Source: Orbicella franksi (lineage: Eukaryota). Taken from it: a DNA stretch of 64,000 bases. The position numbers and the translations under genes were made by a program. Shown piece by piece: positions 48,501 to 60,500 of this stretch. The notes below the pieces were generated by a model. It worked only from the letters and a program-made list of their open reading frames with translations, had not been told where the DNA came from and did not search any database. Each line of letters begins with the position of its first letter. Position 1 is the first letter of the stretch. The stretch is from positions 3,968,001-4,032,000 of the forward strand of contig OZ116709.1 in the NCBI GenBank assembly GCA_964199315.1. The letters run 5' to 3'.

Positions 48501-51334
48501 CTCCTTCCCCCAACAGAACCAAAAGGCTTCCACCTTTTTCAATGTACTGCTTCAGTGCATCAAACTATACAAAAAGCCAAACTGTTACAGTAAAGTCAAC
48601 CAAAAAATCATCCACCGGTCCAGGGAGGTGTGGATATTTTCTAAAACCACACTAGTCATTCATTTTACATTCATGAGTATTTATAAATAAGCTAGTTTTC
48701 AATATTGAACACTCCTATTCTTGGCATAGCTGCTACATATAAAATTGTCACATATATACTACTGTAGTTACAGCACTAGACTGTTTAATCATCAAAACCT
48801 GGATTTAACGTCACTATTCTGTTATTCAAACAAAGTGTAGAATGTAACGCAACCAGGTAAAAGGTAACACGACAAAATACGCTAATAAATTTTTTTTTTT
48901 AGATTATGCAGCGAGATAGAAGCTAAAATACAGACATGAATAGCATTTGTGCTAGCTGCTAGAATAAGGGAATGTTCATTCAAGAACTGAGCATTCAGTT
49001 TTGTACTATTGTTTATCCTACTGGATTGCATGACGAACAAAAACAGCGAAACCGTCGAGGGGTGTCATGTTCCATTAAATGCATTTTACCGACCAATAAA
49101 AGCATTACTATCATTAACAATAACACCTCACTACACTTTTACCTCAGAAGCAGTGAATTTTCTTCTTGGTCCTCCAAATATCACAACTTTGGCTGTAATA
49201 ATTCTTTCTACGGTTATTTCATCTTTGTTCCTAAAATAAGTAGCAAGACAAGGTTATCAATTAATACGTACTGTACTAATCAATTCCGTTTGTTCTTATT
49301 AAGAGCAAATTTCAAAAACTCAAGAGGGACATATCTGTAAAATACCATATATTTTTTTTCCATCATTTCATGTAAATGCAACAGCAAACTTATTGTTAGC
49401 TTCATATAAAGAAGCTGTAACATACGTGATGACTTTCCAGTTGGATCTCAGTTTTCTGACCAAGGACTTAAAACCATTGTTTGGGGTGAACAGTTCTCCT
49501 TTGGATGAGTTAAAGATGATTGTATTGCTTTGCTGTCCCTCGGCATTCTCTGCAGTGGCATCCTGTGAAGACGAAAACAAAATTGTGACAACTGAGCAAA
49601 CAACAACTTCAAAGAGTTCTCGTTGACTGGACCAAAACTGAAAATAACTGCCTACAAATAACAGTCTGTTCGTGCATAATACTGTCTAAATGTGCTTTGC
49701 TGCAAATAATATTCTGTCTCTGTGTAATTATAACCATGCTCTTTGTGAAAAATGGCAGAATGCTTCCCTGAGCTGTCAGAGAGTGATTTATCAGTTACTT
49801 GCTCATTGTTAAATACTTGTACTATAGGAAAGGAGGTTAACAGGTTATTTGGCTACCCCACCTTTCTCAGAGAGTGCAGCAAAAATGAAGTTTGCAGGAT
49901 TGTTTTCAGGATTAATTTTACCAATAATTTGAGATAACTTTTGTACTTAAAATTGGAAAACTTTTCACATTCTCCCAACTTCAACTTGCGTTACCACTTC
50001 AATGAGGGTTGTACAGGCGGGGTCTCTTGCAGGGTTCACGAACGAAAAAAATAGAGGATCACGGATCACCAATGTAAAAATTTCATTTTCCCAAATCACG
50101 AAAATAAGCAAGTAAGATACTCTTTTTAATGACCTGTTCTTACACTAGAAGCGGTGTTTAAAGAAAGTAAAATTGCGAATGGCTAAGTCAAGGCTCCATA
50201 TTGCAAATTGCATACCAAGTCACTCTTGATAGATGACTCTAACCATTCGCAGGAATTGCGTCTGAAAATCACGCAGAATAGAGGTAAAATCACGAATATC
50301 GGTTAATAATTCAGGTTCTTCACAGGTCACGCAAAACCTTCAGGTCATGAGTCACGAAGAATAATTTCCTAAATTCACGTTTCACGCAAAAAAAAAATCA
50401 GCTAACCACACGTCACAAGAATACCCCTGTATGACCCTCTTCAATTCTAAGAATTTTTTCTAGCCAATCAGAGTGCATATAATATTGGGCCAATTTGTGA
50501 ACCTCAACAAATGCTAATCAGCTACTTCCGACTCTTCAAAGTTGCCTCATCAATATTGAGTACCCCTAATGATGAACTAAATTTAAACAAATCCTCATTT
50601 ATTTCTAATGGCCCAAATTTCTCTCTTTGAGACATGCCTGCAGGGAATCATGGTAGTTGTGAAAACAAACATCCAGCCCAAGGTGATGAATACAACAACC
50701 ATGATTCCTTGCAAGCAAGCCTCCTCAAGGGAATTGGCCATTCTAACCTCTATCATTCGACAGGACGTCCTTTTGTATCTATAATTCTGTTTTTTATATA
50801 TATTCATTTAGAAATAGTTTCCTTAGTCATGGTCATTACCATTTCCCAAGACTATACTCCTTTGTTTACGCTTATAAAACTTCACGACTCAACTCCTACC
50901 AATCCAGATAAATATCAGCTTAAGCTTATGTCTGTATTAAATTTATACATGAGCTTAATTACGCACTCGGTACTTGCAAGGATTTGCAATTGAAATGCAA
51001 CATTGATTCCATGAAATCCTACCAAATAAGGTAGCAAATATTCGTAAAAGAAAATCAAGCAAAAATCTACCCAATTTTTGCTTCCCGAGGTACGTTTCTT
51101 CCCTAGCAACATTACGACGCCTCAAAATAAATAACTCAGGCTGCGATTTTACGATATTTTATAAGAAAAAACAAAGCGATTATGAGCACCGTATACCTCA
51201 GAAACACGGTAAATTAAAAAGCAATCATTGATGAAGGATCTGTAAATGATTCTGGTGTTTCTATCGAGTGATTAGAAGTCATTTGATGTTGAAGTTTGCA
51301 AAGTTCCTACCTGAGTTGTTGATACAGGCGCCAT
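42554..51334 (-). CDS. IFT52: Intraflagellar transport protein 52 (IFT-B), 452 aa
   Basis: Exons complement(51311..51334, 49426..49562, 49143..49230, 48435..48564, 47593..47668, 47102..47170, 46466..46592, 46158..46244, 45549..45617, 45302..45379, 44825..44904, 44147..44234, 43561..43669, 43099..43244, 42554..42604), total 1359 nt, all GT-AG and in phase. Motifs: NNGFKSLVRKLRSNWK, GEGGESRFDTNINFLLEDYGI, YFHPKE, FVYPYGATL, PQFETPLP, LFDLDESFSSEK, CTEDDLEYYVRECGDILGV, VEFKKLNQ. Confidence 0.97.
44485..44770. mobile_element. Non-autonomous element of the TATTGAC...CCAATCA...ATAATAAA family in IFT52 intron 11
   Basis: 5' TACTTATTGACTGAGAGTGAGG, internal hairpin, CCAATCAGAG at 44721, and 3' CCATATAATAAA. 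Confidence 0.65.
47690..48143. mobile_element. Tc1/pogo (Tigger)-like MITE in IFT52 intron 4
   Basis: TA|CAGTGGAACTCC at the left end, GGGTTCCACTT|A at the right end (last base degenerate). Confidence 0.65.
50004..50439. mobile_element. GAGGG...CCCTC MITE with a 6-bp TSD in IFT52 intron 1
   Basis: GAGGGTTGTACAGGCGGGGTCTCTTG / CAAGAATACCCCTGTATGACCCTC. TTCAAT occurs at 49998-50003 and 50440-50445. Confidence 0.75.
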
Positions 51335-51364
51335 TTTGATCATTGACAGCAAATATTCGTACTA

Positions 51365-51377
51365 GTGCCCAGGGAAC
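51365..51377 (-). promoter_or_regulatory. Candidate RFX X-box 31 bp upstream of the IFT52 ATG
   Basis: Minus strand GTTCCCTGGGCAC is an imperfect match to GTNRCC-N0-3-RGNAAC. IFT52/osm-6 is an established RFX/DAF-19 target in other animals. Confidence 0.4.
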
Positions 51378-51729
51378 CTCCGCCTAAAGCCTTCCGCTAG
51401 ACCTAGTCCTCCCGGCCTTTGGACTAAGAGGAGTAAGAGGGGTGTTTGTTTGTTTCTGGATGTGAACATCGTTTGATTACACCGCCTCAGTTATAGGTTT
51501 GAAATGTTATTCTCTTCACTTAACGAGGATTTGGAGTTGTGACAACAATAAAGAAAAAGCCCGAGGTAGATAAAAAGGTTTGAGAACCAGTACACCCTGG
51601 TAGTACACATCCATTCAGTTCGTTGGACTGGCGCGAGACTAGAGGAGGTTGGCGAGACCAAAATAATTTTTTTAGCACTACGCGCAAGATACAGAGTTGG
51701 AAAACACGACAGCCTTCTGTTTAGCCTAC

Positions 51730-51790
51730 TGGATCCCGGATCGAGCGCGAGCGATTCGGATTCGCGCCCTGGCCGGGATCATTGCATAAG
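51730..51790 (+). mobile_element. tRNA-derived SINE fragment
   Basis: CCGGATCGAGC...TTCGGATTCGCGCCCTGGCCGGG is a B-box-like segment. A matching 5' SINE fragment GGCACGGTGGTCTCATGGTTAGTG lies at ~30640. Confidence 0.45.
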
Positions 51791-52277
51791 GCATTTACGT
51801 TCACGGTACCTCTCTTAAAAAAATAGCGAAAAATAGGGACTACATTTGCAGTTTCATTGCCATACATAGCGGCGTATTCGTAGACGCGCGAGGAAGGAGG
51901 CTCGCTTGACTAAGCACTGGCTCCCTACTCTAGCGATCCTCAGCAAATCAGCAAGCTAGGAAAACCGTTAGAGACAAGACGGGCCAACTTTGAATATTAC
52001 TTAACTTGTGGTCTTCTTGCATAATTTACTGGCTATCTTTGTCTCAGGCGCGATTTGCAAAACAAATAAATTAACAAAAAGTTCTACCCCTAGATAAGGA
52101 CCAATTATTCTTTAATTAAATTCTCAACGCTTACTGATTTATCTCGTTCAAATTGCACCGTGATATACGTTCAGTAATGCCTTAGATATAAGTCATATAG
52201 GACATATATATATTTTATCTCATGGACTCACTGACACTCACTTCTCTAAGTCTAGTGTTTTGTCAGAAGGCCATACA

Positions 52278-52832
52278 TTATAACAACGGCAGTGTTTTCA
52301 AAGGATGAGTGCACGATTTGTAAAGCCATTCTATCACTCGTTCCTCCGATGACAATTGACGATACCGAACAAAAATCCTCGGTCTCGGATTTTTGCTCTT
52401 GAAGACTCCGGGAACTAACGAGATACTACCGCTTTCTGTAGTTTGACTTCGTAAAGTTGTCATACTTGCACTGCCTTCGGAGTCTCTAGATGGAATACCG
52501 GTGGAGCTCGCTTCCGGGGTCAATCTCGACGCACTTCGTGAAGTTGTGTGTAACTGAGAAGTTCTTGGACGCGAGCTTGTACTTATATTTGTCACAGATA
52601 GTCTTTGCTGTGGTGTTCTGGTAAAGATGCAGCCTTTCTTATCTTGCGTATATTGAAGCGCCCTTGAAACCCGAGTAGGAATCGTACCAGCATCGGTCTT
52701 CATGCGATACATCGGTAAGATGCACACCGACTTGGGTCGTTGCTTGATCGGCCACACAGAATGTCCAGTCCTTGATGCTATGCTACTCGATGTATTTTGT
52801 ATTGCAGCTAAATATAATTTAGTAGACTCCAT
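52278..52832 (-). CDS. Intronless uncharacterised S/T/R-rich protein, 184 aa
   Basis: Uninterrupted CpG-rich ORF, start context TCGATGG, with an in-frame upstream TGA. Ordered-looking termini (WPIKQRPKSVCILPMY; RIFVRYRQLSSEERVIEWLYKSC) flank a low-complexity middle. Confidence 0.6.
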   Translation of the reverse strand: MESTKLYLAAIQNTSSSIASRTGHSVWPIKQRPKSVCILPMYRMKTDAGTIPTRVSRALQYTQDKKGCIFTRTPQQRLSVTNISTSSRPRTSQLHTTSRSASRLTPEASSTGIPSRDSEGSASMTTLRSQTTESGSISLVPGVFKSKNPRPRIFVRYRQLSSEERVIEWLYKSCTHPLKTLPLL

Positions 52833-53161
52833 CGACAGTAGCTCACTTCGTTCTTCTCAACAGCCAAATTCCATCGCGATATCGGCGTGCAATAATTCGT
52901 TGTCAAATAGTCGTATCGTCTGGATCATCGATTATACCGTTATACTAAAGAAAGCCACAGTGTTCATAGGTGTTTCAATGAAGTCCTGTGCGGGGAAAAT
53001 TAAGTTCTTCTCGAATCTTTACAAGAGTCATTTACACCAAACATCACAAGTATGTTGTTCGATTGTTTACGCAGTAAAATATCCCCAGGTGAAATAACAG
53101 ACTGACTTCATGACACGACTCCATTGTCACTACAATTGTCTTGCAATTTTTCACATGACTG

Positions 53162-53176
53162 GTTGCCAAGGGAAAC
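53162..53176. promoter_or_regulatory. Candidate RFX X-box ~330 bp upstream of the orphan ORF
   Basis: GTTGCC-AAG-GGAAAC fits GTNRCC-N3-RGNAAC. Confidence 0.4.
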
Positions 53177-53752
53177 TACAATAAGTAATCAATCGTGGAT
53201 ACCTTCTTTACCAAGGATACCGAGCTTGTTCATATCTCAGGGATTCGTCTAAACACAGAGCAATAAAGTAACTGGGAGAAGTTTTCTGATTTTCAGGGGA
53301 AAATAATTTTGCTCATCATTTTCTGATCATGATGATTCTAGCCTTTAATAGGGTTGTAACATGTCGGTTCTTGACACTTTTCTCTGAAGCAACAGACCAT
53401 GTAATTTTAATTACAAGACTGAGAGTGTAAAAAGAGTGTACTTAGCGCCTCTACAAAGAGCTCAAGTTTTAATTAGCGCCCGCTAGTAGTAAGCGCTCTC
53501 GACTGGAATCGCTAGCCCCGTCCCGTTTTCTACGTAGTCGAAAGTGCGGATTCTTTTATAGCATTCACAAGCAGATTCTGACCTAAGATTGGACGAGAGA
53601 CCCGAGATTTTGCGAAAAGAAAGAAATCATGTCAAAGAAAAGAAACTACAGGCTACCCAGGTAACTCATCAGTCATCAACGTCATCAAAAGAGGATGAGG
53701 GTAAGAGAGTTAATACCTCTCTAGGCCAATCCATCAGGAGGAGAGAAGTATA

Positions 53753-54130
53753 GGCTGGTTTTCACTAGAGCATAAGCACAAGCACAAGCATAAGCATAAG
53801 CACAAGTGAAAACAGCCGCGAAATAAACATGAGCATAAGCAGAAACATAAGAAGAACGAACCCACTTATTTGTCTTGTGCAGTTTTCACTAGTAACGAGC
53901 TCAACATAAGCATAAGCATAAGCACAAGAAAAACGAACAGTTCCGTTTTTCTTGTGCTTATGCTTATGTTTATGTCGAGCGTGTTGCTGGTGAAAACTGC
54001 ACAAGACAAATAAGTGGGTTTGTTCTTCTTATGTTTCTGCTTCTGCTTATGTTTATGTCGCGACTGTTTTCACTTGTGCTTATGCTTATGCTTGTGCTTG
54101 TGCTTATATATGCTCTAGTGAAAACCAGCC
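53753..54130. mobile_element. 378-bp fully palindromic MITE with (GCATAA/GCACAA)n arms, Harbinger-like termini
   Basis: GGCTGGTTTTCACTAGAGCAT / ATGCTCTAGTGAAAACCAGCC and the arms pair along nearly the whole length. Flanks ATA / TTA (TWA-type TSD, one mismatch). Confidence 0.85.
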
Positions 54131-57100
54131 TTATAGAAATGGCAGGACAGGCCTAGCCGGTTTACACTTATCTTCGCCCCTAAGGAAAATATCTGCGCGT
54201 GCGCAACAGACGAGGTAACATATCCAAGGGCGGAGTGGATACCAGGTCTAAAAATAACTTGAAAGAACTACCTCCCCTGCCTCACGGTCTGTTAGGGGAT
54301 TCAGTCTATTGCCCTTCATTCTTTCCTAGTTTTGAGACATTGAAATAGTTATGCTCGATCTTCTTCGCTTTCTCGAGTCCGGTCTTCCCTCACTGAGAAT
54401 TCCAGTAGCATGTCAGTCTTTCCAGTGTTAGATTTGTCCAGTAAGGTGATCTTTTTGTTAGGCAATGTTCCAAACCCTATTTAGGCTGATGGTCGCGCAA
54501 CTAGCTTTAACTGTTTCTTTTGTTTCTCTTGCTCGTTTGCTCATGTTAACATTGGGGCGGAACATTGCTACGCCGATGAAACAAATCTTTGCCGACGTCT
54601 TACAACCTTGCCAACCAAGATTTTAAACCTGCACATTGGTGCTACCTCTTAAATTTCGTTTCGTTTTATTTGGAGCTCTGTCGTGCACTGTCGTGAACAC
54701 GTTAAGTTGTTTTAACAGTTGTCGTGAATCGTACCAACTGTCCTATCCTAAATTGATCTGAGTAACAGCTATCACGTTTTGTCGGGCAATAATTAATTAC
54801 CCGTATACCTATCGCAAATTGTAATAATTAATAATGACACGCCTTCGCAATTTTTAATAATCCGATATGTCGAAAGTTGTATGACCCCACATGTAATGTC
54901 GTACCCTTAAAACGGCGTGTGTCAAATAAGTAGTCATCATATTTTCTCTTGTCTCTCAACTCTTAAAATCCGTCACAAATGTCGTAGTTTTAAAAAAGCT
55001 CATGTCAGAGTCAGCATCATTTCATCTTTAAAGTCTTATTAAATTCCGGTACAAATGTTCCAATAGTGGTAAGCGAAAGGAATACACACCAAAAGAATGC
55101 GCGAGCCTTCACACTTTCGATAATTACGAAAAAAAATTCTCCGCTTCTCATGATTCTGACTGCAACAACATGTTACCCAACCCTAACCCTACTGCCTAAG
55201 CATAACATAGAATTAGAGGCCATTACTGCTTGTGAAAAGTTGTCCACGAAAAAACGAAATTTGTGGATAACTGCTCATTCTCATTTGAAAGACTTTCCAC
55301 AAAACAGGATAATATGTTATTTATATTTGCGATAGGTGCACCCGTTATTACAAACGATGACAACTTAGGATAGATATCAACACAAGTACACTCAGTACTC
55401 AAAGGAGCAATTTCGCCTAATTAATTTTTTTGGAATCCAATATAAATAAACAAAAGCAGTTTTCTATTGGTTTTTCTACGTTTAAGAAATGCCAGCAATT
55501 TTTTTTCTCGCTACACAATTGCTCGTTAAAAATTACCTCGAATGATAGATAAGTCATAAATTTGTGTTTTAACTATGCCTCTGGAACAGCGTTCGAGGCA
55601 AGTTACCCTTGTGTCAAACGTACTGCCAAGGGGTTCTCCCGAGAGCGAGAAACTTGCGCTTTGCTACAACACGTCCCCCAGAGGGCCCAAGCGGAACACA
55701 GCAGTCTTGTCGAACCGGCTTGACAACGTGAAGTGGACAATGAATTTAAAGCATATATTTTTTACTTGCGCAGGCTCGTTTTCTGTATTTTTCCTTCCGA
55801 TCCCTTCAGGCTTGCTGTATTTCAAGGAGTATCATTAGTTAGAGAGAGTTGATTTTACAAAGAAAAATTCATGTCCAGGAGGCAGAAGCAACAAGGAGGA
55901 CCAAGGAGGACCAAGGAGAAGAGTTTGTCGTATATATACAGAAGAACATGTTCAGCCTAGCTTAGATTTTACATTGGTCTACATTCTCTGTAGTTGCTAC
56001 TTCCAAGTGCTGGACGACGCTCTTTTTGTTTGAAAACTTATAAAAGTTTTGGGATGCGCGTTCAGTATAACTTTTCCGGGTAGCAAAACTGATTGGATCT
56101 GTACAGTCTTGTTTTGGCATATTAGCAACTATTAAGCACAAGAGACCATGATTTCTTGTCAAGCACTAGTACCGTTGCATTCCGCTCGTCAAAACAACGA
56201 TTCGGAAGCTCTTTCAAACAATGATCTAATACTTTCTTTATCTTCACTCTCTGATCTTTCACCAACCAATGGTCGCGAATTTGAATTATCAAATCTTCAA
56301 AGCTCTGAACTGTAGCAATGATGCGAGTGTTCAAGGAAAAACAAAATATTTGAAATATTTGTTTTGAGAACTTCTCCTTGCCCGAGGCGATACAGATTAG
56401 GGAAAACGCGCAAGTCGTAAACATGCCGCTTACATGATTCAGTTTGGCGGTTTAGAGTCAGTATGCATGGCGTTAAACTGAATTTCATTTGATCATGACA
56501 GCTATAAATTGGGGAGGTATTTTGAACCATTTCTTTTATAATCTTGAAGCTTATGGGTTCTTTCTGTGTGGTAGGCCACGATCAGCGTGCAACGATTGCG
56601 TAAACTAACAATGATCAAACTTAAGATAATTTAAAATTGGCTTTTAATGCCACCGTGTGATAGTAAAAAAAGAAACAGAAACATAACCTGCTTTTACAAA
56701 TAAAATTCTCTTGCTTTCCCAGTGTGCTTTCATAAGGTTATCGTTTCCCAGTTGGTGCCAGGAAATTACATGATAGAATTTTCAGATTGCTTGATTTGTT
56801 GTTGATTTTTAATAGTGAAGACAACTTGACTGAAAATCCATGCCTCCATTTTGTGCATTTTCTTACATCAAGGGGTTAAAAATAGGTTTTCATTGAGGCA
56901 CCTGCTACCAAAATCTTTTGCGTTAAAAGCAAATCAGTTTTTTTTTCTTATGACGCAAATTTTTACCATGGTTACCGATCAGAGCGGACCACTAAAATCA
57001 TGCACTTTATTATCGTTATCAAATAAACACCCCTTTCTGCTTGTCGATTTCATTGTTAGAGGGCCAAACACATCCACAGAATACTGACAACATACGCATT

Positions 57101-57546
57101 AAAATTTAAAGAAAAGAATCTGCCCCCACAGCCCATGTAAATCCCGGTCTTCTTACGTGGTCCAGATTTTCACTTCGACCAGAAATTTTCAGTCGTTCTG
57201 CTTGTAATTCAATTATCTATTTCGTGATCTTTTGCCTTCAGACCGAAAAATTTCCTTGTCTTACGTTTCGTTTTAATTAATTTTTACTAAATACTTTTCT
57301 AGGGAAGTGGAGAGATTTCTCGAAACGAGTTTTCTTGAGGAAGATTTTCTTGGGTATGTTTTTTTTTTGTCTTAGAGAAAATGAATTATTGAAAATCGAA
57401 CGAATGCGCAAATTGAAGATCAATTATTCCTAGCTAAACCAACTGTTCCTCTACGCGCGATCTGATTGGTTGGCGCGAATCACTGACAGAAGGATTCTCC
57501 CTCGCATTTTCCATCGCCATGTTGTGGAGTTGACGGGTTTCCGAAA

Positions 57547-60500
57547 ATGTCATTGCTTCTTCTTCTAAAAACCTGTTCAAATCTTCGAGGAAGATCTGAC
57601 CGAATAGCCAGGGTCACTTTCAGAGGTATGTAGTTTAGAAATATTCTAGAATTAGCGGTTGTCAAAGGCTTGAATGATCTGAACAAGTTTTCTTGTCGAA
57701 CGCGGTGAAGTTTGTTGGCGGGCTTCGACTGCCGCTTTTTGTCTTATCTACCTTTCTCGCTATTTTAAGTGATTTTATACAGTTGTAGTTTCGAAATTGC
57801 TATTTCTATCGATTTGAAATTATTCCGAAGAATTTGCTGCTTTTTCCTGGACTGGTTTATCTGTTTTGGCTGGTGAATTTTCCTTAATTATTCAAGTTTT
57901 GTAGTTCTGCTTAATTCTGCGTTTGGCTTTTATACGCGGATACGCTCGTTGGAGGTACCCTCCTTTCTGTCGATTTTTTATTCATCACCGTGAAGAACTC
58001 CGCTAAAACTCGATTCAGTCGCTTTATATTTATTAAAAAAGTTTGGTTTGACGGTGAAAACACATATGTATACGTCTGTTTATATTCTGGCATTGATATT
58101 TATCGAGTTGACATCAATTTTATATTCGGCAGATTTTTTTTTCAAATTAACTTAGACAAGTACTATTCGATTTGGTGGAAAATGTGGCAGTCATTTTTTG
58201 ATACGAAACTTTCGTATTATAAATATACGAAGGATCTTCGGAGTTTCCTCGCTAGTTTCTCAAGTATTCTTTCCTTCCGTAAACTGATCGCATTCGACGA
58301 TCGCTCAAGCGTGCAGTTCAACATAGTTTGGATTTCTTTGACGTTTCGCGGAAATTTTCATATTTCAGAAAAAAAAAATGTTTCACCGGTTTGACATAAG
58401 TGAAAATTTTCGTCATTCATCAAGGCCTCATAAGCTCATTTCGTAATTGTTTTTGTGACAAAGATTGTGATTGTTGGTCAGTCGAGAAAATGTCCTCGAA
58501 CGCTTCCGGAATAAATATGGCGGTTGTCTTCACTTGCGATTATATCTGATGTTTCAGCGTTGAACCTATTTTGTGCAAGGCGACGAGGTCTGATTCTGTT
58601 GTAATAAAAAATAGTTTTCCTGTTTATAAAAAGGTGTCTTACTTGATTCTGTCGGCAGGAAGTATAGATCGTGAGAATTTCTTAGAGTGTATCATAATTC
58701 CTATTGTGTAAACAGATTGCAAATATAATTTTCTCTTTGTGTCAAACTTTTTAGCAAGCCTGAGAAAGCGTACGATCTAGCGAAAAACGAATAATTATTT
58801 CAGTTACTTTTTGTTATAGGGGTATCATAAGCTAGTTTTAAGGTGTAGAGTATATTATTTGAGGTTGTAATAATTCTAGATTTTATAAAATTTGGAAATA
58901 TACGAAAATTACATCCTTACCCTCTCTTAAGTTATTTATCATGGTGATAAATTTATAGACTGCAGTGCTATACAAGAAAGACAATAGACAATGTCTCAGA
59001 TTACATTATTTGTTGTTCATCATCTTGTGAACATAAAGGGGCTTATCTTTGTTGATACTGATTGCGCTATGTGTACTTTGAATTTAAAACAGTGAATCGT
59101 TAGCAAGTGACGTCTTTTCAAAGGTTTTCCAAGAAATCAAAATGACATATATTACTTAACAAAAAAAAAATTGTGGTAGTTTTGCATGATTGATGAGATT
59201 GAAATTCCAAGTGCTGATTACAGATCAGTAATGCTCAGTAGTTTTGTGTGCTGTGCTAATCATAATGCCGCAGATTAATTTATTCAAGGCATTTAATTGC
59301 GAGAAGTGGTGAGTAATCAGCTAAGACTCTCTAGTTGTTTAATGGATACTTATCAATTCCAGTCTACATAGATCACTTCCTCTGAAATTTTTTAATGCTA
59401 CTAATATACAAACAAAGACTTGCCAATTGAAATCTTTTAATGAAGTGTGACATTCTTGTCTATTTCTAAGCAACTACAGTGACTCTTCTGGGGTAAATTG
59501 TAAAATTTAAGTGGAATGGAAGTAACAATGTATATATAGGTTATTGACCAGGCGTGAGGTCAAAATGGCTGGATGTTGGCCAAGATCTTTTTTTTTGCGT
59601 GTTTATGACTGAAACATAGTTGAGGTCAATAAACTCGCAAAAACAGAACAAGGCTGATATCAAGCCATCTTGACCGAACAAGCTTGGTCAATAATGGATT
59701 TATTATACGGCTTTCGGGGAATTTTTTCTTGCTGGACACAGTGGGTGGTCCCAAGAAGGTAAGATAGTTCTAGCTTTCCCACTCGGATAGCCAATCACAG
59801 GGCAGGATTTGGTTCATCTTGCCCACTTAGAGAGCTGGCCATGTAATAAATATGACTTATTGACCAAGCTTGAGGTCAAGATAACTGGATAATGGCCAAG
59901 TTCCTTTTGCATAGATCCAAGTCCATAAACACGCAACAAAATGAAGCCAGCATCAGTGATCTTCACCAAGCAAACTTGGTCCACGAAGTGTTTATTATAT
60001 GCACATTAGAACATGATTGGTCTATTGAGTGGGCAAGATAACCCTAACTTGCCTGCTTGGGTTGTCAATCACAGTGCAGGATTCAGTTCACCTTGCTGAA
60101 CTAACCATATAATAACATACAAGGTTCAAGCTATATCATGTTTAAGACGAAGTCTTGAATTTTGACCTAACACAGACAGCAGATTGTTCCTTGGAAGCAT
60201 TTACAGTTTTCAAAGAGAATATAAGTCAGTTAACATACTAGACCATATTAGCAGGATATTATATTCATAGTATCTGCACTACTCTAAAGCCAGTTTATAT
60301 TTTGCTTGTTTCCTTACAGGAGTGACTTACCAGACAAGTGTCATTGAAAACTGCTCTGAAGCTGATTGGGATGAGGTTGGTTGATTCACTATCTTAATCT
60401 GATGCTCAATAGACTAATTCTCTGTACTGATTACATGTCAAACATTTTTTGATTGTTAGTTTGGAGAATTTCCCAGTATATCAAGATAATACATGTTTAT

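Noticed and set aside
50530-50640. Open minus-strand stretch after a CAG in IFT52 intron 1 (GMSQREKFGPLEINEDL...)
   Set aside because: Its phase is incompatible with exon 1, it ends in a stop, and it has no IFT52 similarity.
52702-53097. 131-aa plus-strand ORF
   Set aside because: It overlaps the orphan ORF antisense and its promoter and has no recognisable features.
53765-54004. 79-aa ORF with HKHKHK / AYAYAY / LMLMLV runs
   Set aside because: It is a translation of the hexamer arms of the palindromic MITE.
55962-56424. Minus-strand ORFs of 66-100 aa upstream of the ferlin
   Set aside because: No recognisable domain and no consistent splice chain. They could be a non-coding divergent transcript, but that is unsupported.
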